Below, in pieces: positions 9,335-19,004 of a stretch of 64,000 nucleotides of DNA. The translations under genes and the position numbers were made by a program. The DNA comes from a virus (taxonomy: Duplodnaviria > Caudoviricetes), in IMG/VR virus record IMGVR_UViG_3300027800_000347, positions 1,548 to 65,547 of that record. One strand, written 5' to 3'. Below the pieces are notes generated by a model. That model was not told where the DNA came from. It searched no databases and worked only from the letters and a program-made list of their open reading frames with translations. Position 1 is the stretch's first letter, and each line of letters starts with the position of its first letter.

Positions 9335-10620
9335 GACTCGCCCCGGTCCACGCGGGCGCTGATCGAATGGTAGAGGGCGCGGGCCTGCGCCGGGGTCACG
9401 GCAGCCTCGGGGCGGATGCCCATTTCAATCCGGGACACGCGGTCCAGGTCAGGGAACATCTCCTTGGTGCTCTCGTAGTTGGTCAAGTCCTTGCGGTCTT
9501 CGGCAGAGAGCGGGGCGGCCGTGGGCGCCGGGCCGGTCATGTCCTCGGGTTCGGGTTCCGGCTCCGGGGCCTCCGGCTGTCCGTATGTGCCGGTTTCACC
9601 AGGGGCCATGTCGATGGTGGCGGCCATGGGTTCGGGCGGCGCGGTTTCTTCGTCTTCGGCCGCGATGCCCGCCATGTCGTCGTCCATGCGCTCGACGCCC
9701 TTGCGCACGTCGATGGTCATGCCCGGGGCCTGCCCCTGCGGGAGCGCGAAGTTTTGGCCCTCGGAAAGGGACTTCACCCGGTCCTGGACGCTGGCGTAAA
9801 CGCTGGTGTCCCATTTCATGAGGCTGCCGTTGGTGGGCCGCCAGCAAATGACGGCCAAGTCCCACCGGGCGCCAGGGGCCTTTTGCAGGCCGGAGAGGTG
9901 TTTGCATGCGTTGCGGCGGGCGAAGGTCTGGGCAAAATCCAGAGCCTTCTTTTCGCGGTTCAGGATTTCGCCGTACCACTTCAGGGCTTCGTCGTGCTCC
10001 GAGTTGACCCACAGGACCATGGTTTCGTCGAACGGATATTTGCCCCACGTTCCGTCCCCTTTCGGCTTGTCCATCTCGGCCGGAAGCAGCTTGAACGCCT
10101 GCGGGGTCTTCTTGGCCTTGGCCACGAGGTCGATGAGCCTATAACTTGGCACGTCATAGGCCGTGGTCCAGTCCGCCACCATGGGCAGTCCCTTCGAGGA
10201 AAACCGAAAGGCGATGGCCCGGGCGTAGATGTTCAGGATGCGGCGATTGTTGGGGTCGCGGATCACGTGCGGGTTGGTCTGCTCGATGCCGTCCACGATC
10301 ACGGAGCGGGGGAAGATCACGCACGTGCCCGCTGCCTCGGCCCACATCTCATAGCCCTGGGCGGAAACCACGAAGGGGCCGTTGAAAACGGGCTGCACCA
10401 GCCCGCCGTTTTCGACGGTCAGGGTCAACCGTTGTTTGAAAGCCTTGATCTGCCCGTCCTGGCTGCGCAGGGCAAAGGCTTCATCCTCGGCCAGGGCCAG
10501 CACGCTGTGCTTGTGAATCCCGGCGAGGTAAGAGGAAAGGGCCTTGCCTTCCTCGGGCATGGTGGCCAAAACCTTATCCAGGGCGGTCTTCGCCTGGTCC
10601 TGTAGCGATTCGTAGGACAT
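9331..10620 (-). CDS. Hypothetical protein, possible recombination/annealing factor by position
   Basis: 429-aa ORF with GGAGG RBS and acidic Pro-rich tail, directly upstream of the ATPase and helicase genes; function inferred from context only. Confidence 0.6.
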   Translation of the reverse strand: MSYESLQDQAKTALDKVLATMPEEGKALSSYLAGIHKHSVLALAEDEAFALRSQDGQIKAFKQRLTLTVENGGLVQPVFNGPFVVSAQGYEMWAEAAGTCVIFPRSVIVDGIEQTNPHVIRDPNNRRILNIYARAIAFRFSSKGLPMVADWTTAYDVPSYRLIDLVAKAKKTPQAFKLLPAEMDKPKGDGTWGKYPFDETMVLWVNSEHDEALKWYGEILNREKKALDFAQTFARRNACKHLSGLQKAPGARWDLAVICWRPTNGSLMKWDTSVYASVQDRVKSLSEGQNFALPQGQAPGMTIDVRKGVERMDDDMAGIAAEDEETAPPEPMAATIDMAPGETGTYGQPEAPEPEPEPEDMTGPAPTAAPLSAEDRKDLTNYESTKEMFPDLDRVSRIEMGIRPEAAVTPAQARALYHSISARVDRGES

Positions 10621-10834
10621 GATCCCTCCTTGTTGACTCCACAGCCCGGCGGGCTTAGGGGTCAGTTTGTGGTTTGTTTTTGCTCCCCGCAGGAGCTTGT
10701 TGCCGCCCCGGTGTTCGCGCACCGGGGCTTTTCAATCCGGATTCCGAGTTTCTCCGCCAGAACAGCGTTTTCCAGCTTGTTCAGGTCATCCATGAGCCGG
10801 GCAAATCGCCTGTCTGCACGGCCGTTGATGGTCC

Positions 10835-11080
10835 TCACGCCCTCACCCTCCCTCCCTCCACGGGACTGATGTCGATGACCGGGAACGGGGCCGGGATGTC
10901 CAAATCCATGGTCAGGCGGTAATGCCGCCCCGGCATGGGGTCGATTCCGCCGTGGTCCTCCCGGTATTCGTCTACCCATTCGTCCAAGGCTTCGCGCGCC
11001 TCTTCCCTGGTGCCGTAGGCCATGATCTGATCCCACCCGGTATTGGTGGGGTTGCGCTCCCAGATGGCGTATGCTTCCAT
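10835..11080 (-). CDS. Hypothetical phage protein
   Basis: MEAYAIWERN... in the leftward operon. Confidence 0.5.
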   Translation of the reverse strand: MEAYAIWERNPTNTGWDQIMAYGTREEAREALDEWVDEYREDHGGIDPMPGRHYRLTMDLDIPAPFPVIDISPVEGGRVRA

Positions 11081-11508
11081 GGCTATTTCCCCACGCTCGG
11101 ATCGTTGATGGCCGCCACCAGAATCAGGGCCGCGACCATGAGGCACATCAGGATGATGTCTTTGGTTGCCTGCTTCCAATCGGAAGAGGTCATGGGTTCG
11201 TCGTCGCGGTAGCACATGGCCCGGCTCCTTTTGAGGCCCCCAAGTAGGCACTTAGGGGCCTCCTGATGTTGCACCACCACGGCCAATCCGCGGGGCGTCT
11301 CACATGCCGCGTCTTTTCGTGCCGCTACGGCGCGCGGGTGGTGAGATATTCTGTCGAGCCTGGGGCGCGGGGGCGGGCTGGCGCTGGATTTGAACCAGCC
11401 GCAATCGATCCCCCCAGCGTGGAGTCACGGGCCACCGATTCCCCGGATTCGAACCGGGCTGTGTGCGTCCTTGCCGCCCCCTCGTTCCAAGCTCGACGTT
11501 CAATGATC

Positions 11509-11639
11509 TGATGGAGGGGAAGGGATTCGAACCCTTGCACCCTGGGGGCCGCCACCCCCGTCGGGTGTCCTCGCGTCACCACCACGGCGGTGGTATCGGC
11601 AACGCGGAGATGCCATTGGCCTGCCTCGGCCACCCCTCC
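11509..11639 (-). ncRNA. tRNA-like structured RNA with a long hairpin replacing the anticodon arm
   Basis: Minus strand: acceptor stem GGAGGGG/CCCCTCC-A, D arm GCCGAGGCAGGCCAATGGC, T arm AAGGG-TTCGAAT-CCCTT, long variable arm, no 7-nt anticodon loop. Confidence 0.65.
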
Positions 11640-11869
11640 AAATTCAATGATCCGCACTTCCGAAATCTTCCCGCCTTCCGCGTCCCTGGCCCCTTCATTG
11701 TTCCGGCTGTGCCGTGGATGTTCACCCTCGCGGGGCTTATCCTCCGGGTCCGTATGGTTCGCTTCCGGCTCTTGCCGCCTTAGCCCCTACTTGCGCCCGT
11801 AAGCGCGGTGTTCGGGGTTGCTGCGGCTTTTCAATGATCCGGCCCGGGCGGGCCGTGTTCGTCGTTGAT

Positions 11870-11924
11870 CCAAGAATATATCTTTTTGATTTATCATGCA
11901 AGCCAAAAAGTAAATCTTTTTGAT
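11870..11924 (-). promoter_or_regulatory. PL-like leftward promoter with two repressor operators
   Basis: Minus strand TTGCAT-17-TATTCT; two ATC-AAAAA-GAT boxes; 11909..11924 is the exact reverse complement of 14105..14120. Confidence 0.8.
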
Positions 11925-11999
11925 CGCGCGGTGAGCACAAAAAAACCGCCTTTCGGCGGCGGGTGGAGGGGCGCGAGGTGCGCCCTGGCGGGAGGGCAA

Positions 12000-12023
12000 G
12001 AAAAAGGCCCGCCGAAGCGGGCC
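12000..12023 (-). terminator. Rho-independent terminator ending the cI-cargo transcript
   Basis: Minus strand GGCCCGC-TTCG-GCGGGCC-TTTTT. Confidence 0.8.
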
Positions 12024-12028
12024 GTTCA

Positions 12029-12616
12029 TTAAGGGGTCGTTGGCGGTGGCTGCTTGTCTGTAATCTTTTTTATTTCCGACCACTGCCTTTCTGACTCTTT
12101 AGTCATCTGCTGCCACTGCGTGTCTATTGACCTTCGCATTTCTTCTCTTGAATCACTCAGGGAACCATAAAATAAAGACAATGCAGCGATGATTATCCCT
12201 GCCAGCGCCACAATCCCTGCCCCCGTAGCGGCCCAAACTTGTCGTCGCGTTGCCTTGTTGTCGTCTATAACTTTTGAGGAATCTTTTCTCATTTCAGAAA
12301 TATCCTCGCGCATCTGACGCACACCATTGTCAATGTGGTCAAATTTTGCTTCAAGATATTTCTCAAAAAAATCCATATATTCCTCGTTTGCATGAAACTT
12401 AATTGGACTATGAATACTATCCTCGCCAGTGTCAAGGGAGGCATTGGAAATAATTGACCCAAGTATTTCCTTGACTTTTTCAGGGGACATCGTGGCCGAC
12501 GAGTCCATTGCCTCGCCGGTAACACGCGGGGGGCTAGCTTTACTACTAGGACGCCCCGCCGCCGCGCTTTCCGTTTGTTCGGCGGCAGTTTTTTTTAATG
12601 GGGTAATATTTTTCAT
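12029..12616 (-). CDS. Hypothetical membrane protein (cargo)
   Basis: Single TM segment (VWAATGAGIVALAGIIIAALSLFY) flanked by coiled coils; lower GC. Confidence 0.7.
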   Translation of the reverse strand: MKNITPLKKTAAEQTESAAAGRPSSKASPPRVTGEAMDSSATMSPEKVKEILGSIISNASLDTGEDSIHSPIKFHANEEYMDFFEKYLEAKFDHIDNGVRQMREDISEMRKDSSKVIDDNKATRRQVWAATGAGIVALAGIIIAALSLFYGSLSDSREEMRRSIDTQWQQMTKESERQWSEIKKITDKQPPPTTP

Positions 12617-13287
12617 TTTAAGTATTTATTTAGAGTGCTACACAATTTATGTTCCAAAAATTCATTTGCAAATTCCATCGTGGTTTTGAATGTATCCGGC
12701 GCAATCCCATCAGTTTGGTTTTTGTTGTTGATATCTACCGTTATTATAATTGTCTTATCTTGAAAGGCCGGTGATTCTCCGTCCTTATTTCCTATAATAG
12801 ATAGATGTACGTTGTGCTGCCCATCTATAATGACACCCTTCGTCTCGAACGACAATAGAACCTCTTCCGATAAAAAAGATAACTTATGTGAAAGAAATTT
12901 TGCCGAATCTTCTTCTATCTTGGCCATGTATGTAACTATTTGGCCGAGAAGCTTAAAGTCTTCCAGTTTGACGCCTAGTTTTTCGGTATAAAGCTGATAG
13001 ATATTTTTCGCAATAACGATGAAGTCTGAGCACGTTCTTGAGTTTTCTGTGTATTGTGCAAAATCTTTTGCGAGGAGGATGCTTCGACCCGTGCTTGATT
13101 CGGCTAAAACCCGTATGTCTTTATCCTGGTCTACCTGCCCGATTGAATCAAATTTTTTGGGGGCAACAATCCTTATGTTTCGATAAAAATCTTTAAATGT
13201 TTCATTTGGTATCTCGCTTAACAATGGTATGTTAAATTTAATTCCAAAAATTTTATTTACAAATTTAAGGTTTTCAGTGCTAAACAT
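12613..13287 (-). CDS. Hypothetical AT-rich cargo protein
   Basis: 224-aa ORF, visibly lower GC than the flanks, ATGA overlap with the next gene. Confidence 0.7.
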   Translation of the reverse strand: MFSTENLKFVNKIFGIKFNIPLLSEIPNETFKDFYRNIRIVAPKKFDSIGQVDQDKDIRVLAESSTGRSILLAKDFAQYTENSRTCSDFIVIAKNIYQLYTEKLGVKLEDFKLLGQIVTYMAKIEEDSAKFLSHKLSFLSEEVLLSFETKGVIIDGQHNVHLSIIGNKDGESPAFQDKTIIITVDINNKNQTDGIAPDTFKTTMEFANEFLEHKLCSTLNKYLK

Positions 13288-13356
13288 AATTATTCGCCTT
13301 GTATTGTTTTTATAATAACAATCTGTTTGGCTACTATGTTATTTCTTTAGTTACAG

Positions 13357-14037
13357 TCAATCAATCTCCCTGGCCGCCCAAATGACCCTGCCAATAATTT
13401 CAAAATCGTCTCCCTCCACAACGGGGGCCGGACGTGTCTGGTCCGCGTCGGAAACGATTGCGATTGCCCCCGCTGTCCCGGTGAGTCTTTTTACATACAT
13501 CTGCCCGTTATGCCTGATGTAGTATATTTTCCCATCCGAAAACGAAGCCCGGGCCGGAGAAACGAGTACCAGGGATCCATCCGGAATGGTCGGGTGCATG
13601 CTGTCGCCAAAGGCTTTGACGCAGAACAAATCTCTGTCGCTCGACGCCTTTGAAATCAGCCAGTCGCGGCGAAATTGCAGGTGGTATTTGACCGTGCGCC
13701 CGGTCTCCATGGAACCGCCCCCCATGGATCCTGTGGCTTCGCGCAAAGGGACGCTGACGAACTCGCCGTATTCGCCCGACGCCTCGGCGACGACAACGGG
13801 AGACGGGATGGTTACGTCACCGGCCGCGTACTGGTAAAGGTTGCGCGCTTCCATCCCTAGAGCGGCAGCCACCTTGAGGGCGAAATTTCGGCTGATCGTT
13901 TTCCTGCCGCGCAGCGCCGCGTTGACATGCTCCTTCCGATAGCCCGTCAAATTGGCCAATTCCAATTGGGTAATCCCGCGCTCATCCATGATGGACAGGC
14001 AGTTTCTCCGAAAAATGTCGTCCGACTTGTCTTCCAT
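13357..14037 (-). CDS. cI: CI-like repressor (XRE HTH + S24 peptidase); start could also be 14079
   Basis: RGITQLELANLTGYRKEHVNAALRG HTH; AFGDSMHPTIPDGSLVLV and YVKRL Ser/Lys dyad; IIGRVIW. Confidence 0.9.
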   Translation of the reverse strand: MEDKSDDIFRRNCLSIMDERGITQLELANLTGYRKEHVNAALRGRKTISRNFALKVAAALGMEARNLYQYAAGDVTIPSPVVVAEASGEYGEFVSVPLREATGSMGGGSMETGRTVKYHLQFRRDWLISKASSDRDLFCVKAFGDSMHPTIPDGSLVLVSPARASFSDGKIYYIRHNGQMYVKRLTGTAGAIAIVSDADQTRPAPVVEGDDFEIIGRVIWAAREID

Positions 14038-14093
14038 GGTTTTTTTCACCACTCGCCGCTGAAATTCGCAATAAGTCATTTTGACCTCGTTCG

Positions 14094-14150
14094 TTGACAG
14101 GGAAATCAAAAAGATTTACTGTGCGCACATGAAAGAAATCAAAAAGACTC
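14094..14150 (+). promoter_or_regulatory. PR-like promoter with operators
   Basis: TTGACA(14094)-17-TACTGT(14117); palindrome AAATC-AAAAA-GATTT between the hexamers; second imperfect copy at about 14136..14150. Confidence 0.8.
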
Positions 14151-14335
14151 AGCGGCAGGCGGCCCATGCCTTGGGGGTCTCTTATGTCTATCTCAACTCT
14201 GTCCTCTGCGGACGGCGACGCCCGTCCGCCGTTCTTGCCAGGAGAATTGAGGAAGAGATGTCCATCCCCAAGGAAACCTTGCGGCCAGATGTCTTCGCGC
14301 CCGCCCCCGCCCAGCCCCAGGAGGCCCAACCGTGA
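14129..14335 (+). CDS. cro: Cro-like HTH regulator
   Basis: TQRQAAHALGVSYVYLNSVLCGRRRPS...LRPDVF; divergent from cI. Confidence 0.85.
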   Translation: MKEIKKTQRQAAHALGVSYVYLNSVLCGRRRPSAVLARRIEEEMSIPKETLRPDVFAPAPAQPQEAQP

Positions 14336-14553
14336 CCGTCCTGGATTGCCGCACATGCTCCCATGCCCAGGAATGGGCACCGGGGCATTTCAACTGCCAA
14401 GTCGAGTTCCCGGCATGGGCCTTGGCCCGGCGTCGGCCCGTTCCGCATATCTGGGTTGAGGGCGGCCGTGTCCTGTTCGACCGCGCCGACTATGGGCCTT
14501 CCGAGATGACCCGCTGCGGGCTGCATCAGCCGCGGCATGAGGAACAGCCGTGA
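14332..14553 (+). CDS. Hypothetical phage protein
   Basis: GTGA overlap with cro; CRTC motif. Confidence 0.5.
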   Translation: MTVLDCRTCSHAQEWAPGHFNCQVEFPAWALARRRPVPHIWVEGGRVLFDRADYGPSEMTRCGLHQPRHEEQP

Positions 14554-14807
14554 CCAGCATTCTCACCTGTGTCGTCTGCGGCGGCCCGCCTCCCGGTGCG
14601 CGCATCGTCCATACGCTGTTCGTGTGCCGGGCCTGCCTGGAGAAGATCGAGGATTTTCCGGACGCGGCGGTCTGCTTCTGGTGCCGCGAGGATACGCAGG
14701 TCCACCATTTCCCCGGGGTTCGCGGGGCTGGCGGGCTTCCGACGTGCCGGGCCTGCCGGGACAGTTTCGTGAAGCTGGCCCGGGAACTTGAAACCACGAG
14801 GGTATGA
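14550..14807 (+). CDS. Cys-rich hypothetical protein (four CxxC)
   Basis: CVVC, CRAC, CFWC, CRAC. Confidence 0.55.
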   Translation: MTSILTCVVCGGPPPGARIVHTLFVCRACLEKIEDFPDAAVCFWCREDTQVHHFPGVRGAGGLPTCRACRDSFVKLARELETTRV

Positions 14808-14810
14808 ACC

Positions 14811-15089
14811 ATGACCACCACAGAACTCCTGCAGGAACTCCTCGCCGTGGCGAAGGGCATCCGCGCCGACCTCGCCGAGATCAGGCGAAGCACGCAAATG
14901 AGCGCCGGGGAGGCGACGGAACATTTCATCGGGGTCCAGCCGTCGCAGCCGTGGCCCAGGGCGAAGATGCAGGGCGAGGACAATCCCTCCGCGTGCGGGC
15001 TGTCCCGGTCTGATTTTGCCGAGCTTTGCCAGGACGTGAAGGACATCCATTTGGAACTCGTCGAGATCAGGCGCGGAGGGAGCCGGTAA
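14811..15089 (+). CDS. Hypothetical phage protein
   Basis: ORF track; operon packing. Confidence 0.5.
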   Translation: MTTTELLQELLAVAKGIRADLAEIRRSTQMSAGEATEHFIGVQPSQPWPRAKMQGEDNPSACGLSRSDFAELCQDVKDIHLELVEIRRGGSR

Positions 15090-15700
15090 TGACCTCCATC
15101 ACGATCAAACTGGACAGGGCGCTGCGGGAGGAACTGCGGGAGGCCCAAAACCACGCCTTTGGTGGAGAAGTGTCCCGCGCCCTTAGGGGGGCATTTCCGG
15201 AATATTTTAATCGTTACAATAAGTTGTCCTTGGCCCTGGACCTTTCCACGGTCACTTTTTCCCGGGACTAGCTTATGCGCCACGACCGCACCGGACGCAT
15301 CTATCACGACCCCGTTTCCTGCCCGGCCCATGTCGTCGAGTCCGGAGACATGCACCGCTGCACGGTCTGCGGGGCCGAGACGAGGGCAGAAGGCCGGTTG
15401 CTCAAGACGTGGTTTGAATATCATGGCCTGTGTCCACTCCGGGCAGCGCAAGCTGGTACATCACGCCCCCTGGCCATCGCTCCAATACCATCCCGGAAGC
15501 CCGCGCAAGCATCGCTTCCAGGCTTGTGCCCGGCGGGGCATGGAACCGGCGCCAGAAAATTTCGGCGGCGCGAATCACGCGCATCGTGACCAGCAGGCAC
15601 CCAGGCTCACGCTCGACGGTAACGGATAGGCTGTTGTCCATGGTGAGAGCGTAGGGGCTAAAATGGCCCCTTCAAAAGAAAAAATACCGGGGAAAGTTCC

Positions 15701-16201
15701 ATGGAAGGCAAAGAAGATCGGGAAGAGCGCAAAAAGCATTTCAGGCTTTCGGCGCATATTCTCTACGACATTTTCCGCATCCGCAAGATCGTGAACCCCT
15801 ACGAAGCCGAGGACGCAACGGGGATTCCGGCATCAACATGGAATAAATACATCTTGGGCGAGACTCCTTGCCCGCCGGAGGCGTTTGCGTTGCTCTATGC
15901 ATCATTTCCGCCTGCCCGCCCGGCGCTTTATCGCATCATCTGCCCGGCTGGGTTTGCACTCATCAAGAGCGGCGAAGATCGCCCGGCGCTTACCGAGTTG
16001 CGGGCTTGCAGCACCATGACGGACATAGCGTCATCCCTTGGGAAGGTGGCTGACAAAATCAAGTCCGCGCTCGACGACGACGGGAGGCTTTCTCGGAAAG
16101 AACTCCTGGAAATCATGGAATCCACCGTGGGAGTGCATGAGGTCATCGTGGGGCTTTTACATGGAGCGGAGAACGCCATCACAGCGCAGGCACGGCGATG
16201 A
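15701..16201 (+). CDS. CII-like phage regulatory protein
   Basis: Downstream of cro; HTH-like N-terminus; C-terminal SALDDDGRLSRKELLEI typical of CII/CP76-like regulators. Confidence 0.6.
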   Translation: MEGKEDREERKKHFRLSAHILYDIFRIRKIVNPYEAEDATGIPASTWNKYILGETPCPPEAFALLYASFPPARPALYRIICPAGFALIKSGEDRPALTELRACSTMTDIASSLGKVADKIKSALDDDGRLSRKELLEIMESTVGVHEVIVGLLHGAENAITAQARR

Positions 16202-17187
16202 TCGGCCAGCAGATGCCCGCGTCCTTCGACACGGCCCGTGGACGTGAGCCGACGCTATGCCGGGCCGGGATCGCCGCAGAAAAAAACGGGCTCAAGCTGG
16301 CCACGGGCAGCCGGTTCCTGTGCCCACGCCTCGGACCGATGACGCGCGAGAAGTGTCTTGGGAATTTTCAGGCCGGGCATTCGGCCTGCACCACGGGCTT
16401 CGTCTGCGGGATTGGCAGACTTGAGGCCGAAAAGGAGGGATTGGACGTGGGCTACAACACAAAGAAAGGCGACTGCGCGTGCGGCACCAAGGATGTGCAA
16501 CTCGACAAGCACGGACGGTGCTACAAATGCCAAGCTGCTATCCGGGAAGAGGCCCGCAGGCTTGCCAGGATGACGCCTGCCGCTTCCGAGGACGCTACGC
16601 CGCCCGTTGCCCCGAGCGAGGCCGCGCCGTCCATTCAGGCGGTGCAGGGCGGGTGTCCGGCGGACCTGCAGGACGATCCGGACCTGTCGGACGATCTGGA
16701 TTTGCCGGACGCGGGCTATGCGCCGGGCGTGACGGCAGTGGTCGAGACGCTGCCGCCTGAGGGCCAGCTTGTCGGGGACGAAGATCCGGTGCCCGGGGAC
16801 TGCCAGGGTTGGCCGGAAACGGCCGGCACGCTGGTCATCGACGGGATGGAGTTTGAGGTCATCCCTTCCGGTAAAAACGCCAGCATCGGGCGTCCTGTCG
16901 TTTCCTTCCGGTCTGCCGCCATCGCCTTTTCCGCCGACGCCGTGCGCAAGCATGGCCTGGACAAATACAGCCACGTCCGCATGCACAAGGCCCCTGGCGC
17001 GGTCTGCTTCGAGGTCATGGCCAAGCCCGGGGCGAATGCCCGCAAGCTGCACCGCCAACAAAAAGACGCGGCGTCCCTCGCCTGCACGATCCACAATCTC
17101 AAGGACATTTTCCCGGGGCTGACCGGGAGGCGGTTTGATCTGGAGGCAACGGGTCGGCCGGGCTTCTTTCTGGCGAGGGTGGGATGA
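16198..17187 (+). CDS. Hypothetical phage protein
   Basis: 329-aa ORF, Cys-rich N-terminus, ATGA overlaps at both ends. Confidence 0.65.
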   Translation: MIGQQMPASFDTARGREPTLCRAGIAAEKNGLKLATGSRFLCPRLGPMTREKCLGNFQAGHSACTTGFVCGIGRLEAEKEGLDVGYNTKKGDCACGTKDVQLDKHGRCYKCQAAIREEARRLARMTPAASEDATPPVAPSEAAPSIQAVQGGCPADLQDDPDLSDDLDLPDAGYAPGVTAVVETLPPEGQLVGDEDPVPGDCQGWPETAGTLVIDGMEFEVIPSGKNASIGRPVVSFRSAAIAFSADAVRKHGLDKYSHVRMHKAPGAVCFEVMAKPGANARKLHRQQKDAASLACTIHNLKDIFPGLTGRRFDLEATGRPGFFLARVG

Positions 17188-19004
17188 TGCTGGATCTGTT
17201 CGGCGGACAATACGGCGGCCCGGGCCATGGCGACGAGCTCATCATCGATTCGTTCGCCGGGGGCGGCGGGGCGTCAACGGGGATCAAGTCCGCTCTCGGG
17301 CGCGATCCGGATGTGGCGCTCAACCATGACCCCATCGCCCTGGCCATCCACCGGGCCAACCACCCCGGCAGTCGCCACTACTGCCAGGACATCTTTTCCG
17401 TCGAGCCGAACCACGTCACGAACGGCCGCCCGGTGGGGTTGTTGTGGGCCAGTCCGGACTGCACTCATTTTTCCAAGGCCAAGGGCGGCGCGCCGAAGCG
17501 GGATGCAAAAATCCGCGACCTCGCGTGGGCCGTCGTGAAGTGGGCCAAGCAGGCCCGGCCCCGGGTCATCATCTTGGAAAACGTGGAGGAATTCGCCACC
17601 TGGGGACCGCTCACCGACCGGGGCGAGATCATCAAGGGCCGGGCGGGCGAGACGTTCCGGGCTTGGCTGCGGCAGTTGCGACGCCTCGGATACCGGGTTG
17701 AGTACCGGGAGCTTCGGGCCTGTGACTACGGGGCCCCGACGATCCGCAAGCGGTTTTTCCTCATCGCCCGTTGCGACGGTCAGCCCATCGTCTGGCCGAA
17801 GCCGACCCCTCGGCCGGAAGCCGTGAACGAGGACGGGGTTGTCACGAAATGGGCGACAGGTCACGGCCTCACGTTGAAAGATTTGCAGCGGCTTCCTTCG
17901 TACCGCACGGCGGCGGACATCATTGACTGGTCCATCCCGTGCCCGTCGATCTTCGAGCGCAAGCGGCCGTTGGCTGAAAATACCCTGCGCCGCATTGCCG
18001 AGGGCATCAGGCGGTACGTCATCAATGCGGCCGAACCGTTCATCGTGACCTACTACGGGCCGAAGCGGGTCGGGGATTTTCGGGGCAACGGCATCGAGGA
18101 GATGCTTGGGACGCAAACCACGGAAAACCGGCACGCCCTGGTGACGCCGTACATCGTCAAGCCGAACCACGCATACCCGCATTTTCGGGGGAACTCGGTT
18201 GATGAGCCGCTGCGCACCGTGACCGCGAGCGAACCGGGCTTTGCCCTTGCGGCTCCGGTTTTGGTTGGGGCGGGAGGCCCGGTCTACGGGGGAAAACCCC
18301 ACCCGGTAGATCGGCCCATGAACACGCTCATGACCGAAAATCACCACGCCCTGGTGTCCGCCTTCCTGGCCCAGCACAACGGCGGCCCTCGCAACGACCG
18401 GTTGGCCGGGCGCCCTGCGGATGCGCCCATGTCCACGATCACGGCCACGGGCAGCCAGCAAGGCCTTGTGGCGGTCCATGTGCAACGCGATTTCGGCAAC
18501 AGCGTCGGGCACCCGGCGTCCTCCCCATGCGGGACGGTGACATCCGGGGGTGGCGGCAAGTCCAGCTTGGTCGCTTCGCACCTGGTCAAGTTGCGCGGCA
18601 CATGCCGACACGGCCAGGCCGCAACCGACCCCATGCCCACGGTCACGGCCGGGGGGATGCACATCGGCGAGGTGCGGGCGTTTCTGGTTAAGTATTTCGG
18701 GTGCGGCATCGGGCAGGATGCGCGCGATCCGCTCCATACGGTCACGACCAAGGACCGCTTTGGCCTCGTGACCGTCCAGGGCGAGGACTACATCATCGCG
18801 GACATCGGCCTGCGCATGCTCACGCCCCGGGAGCTGTTTTTGGCCCAAGGATTCCCGCCGGATTACGTCATCGATCCCGTCTACAACGGCAAGCCGCTCC
18901 CGAAGTCCAAGCAGGTCAGGGCATGCGGAAACTCTGTGTGCCCGCCGCTGGCGGAGGCCCTGGTGCGCGCGAACTGCCACGACATGGCGGAGGTTGCGCC
19001 GTGA
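17184..19004 (+). CDS. C5-cytosine DNA methyltransferase (orphan)
   Basis: [18 protein letters not shown] catalytic motif, [29 protein letters not shown]. Confidence 0.95.
   Translation: MMLDLFGGQYGGPGHGDELIIDSFAGGGGASTGIKSALGRDPDVALNHDPIALAIHRANHPGSRHYCQDIFSVEPNHVTNGRPVGLLWASPDCTHFSKAKGGAPKRDAKIRDLAWAVVKWAKQARPRVIILENVEEFATWGPLTDRGEIIKGRAGETFRAWLRQLRRLGYRVEYRELRACDYGAPTIRKRFFLIARCDGQPIVWPKPTPRPEAVNEDGVVTKWATGHGLTLKDLQRLPSYRTAADIIDWSIPCPSIFERKRPLAENTLRRIAEGIRRYVINAAEPFIVTYYGPKRVGDFRGNGIEEMLGTQTTENRHALVTPYIVKPNHAYPHFRGNSVDEPLRTVTASEPGFALAAPVLVGAGGPVYGGKPHPVDRPMNTLMTENHHALVSAFLAQHNGGPRNDRLAGRPADAPMSTITATGSQQGLVAVHVQRDFGNSVGHPASSPCGTVTSGGGGKSSLVASHLVKLRGTCRHGQAATDPMPTVTAGGMHIGEVRAFLVKYFGCGIGQDARDPLHTVTTKDRFGLVTVQGEDYIIADIGLRMLTPRELFLAQGFPPDYVIDPVYNGKPLPKSKQVRACGNSVCPPLAEALVRANCHDMAEVAP

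Noticed and set aside
3850-10605. Long plus-strand ORFs (3850..5367, 6005..7834, 7524..8516, 9367..10605)
   Set aside because: Antisense shadows of motif-bearing minus-strand genes in GC-rich DNA
11509-11639. Functional tRNA-Ser/Leu/Sec or intron-containing tRNA
   Set aside because: No 7-nt anticodon loop, no encoded CCA, and the extra sequence is far too short for a group I intron
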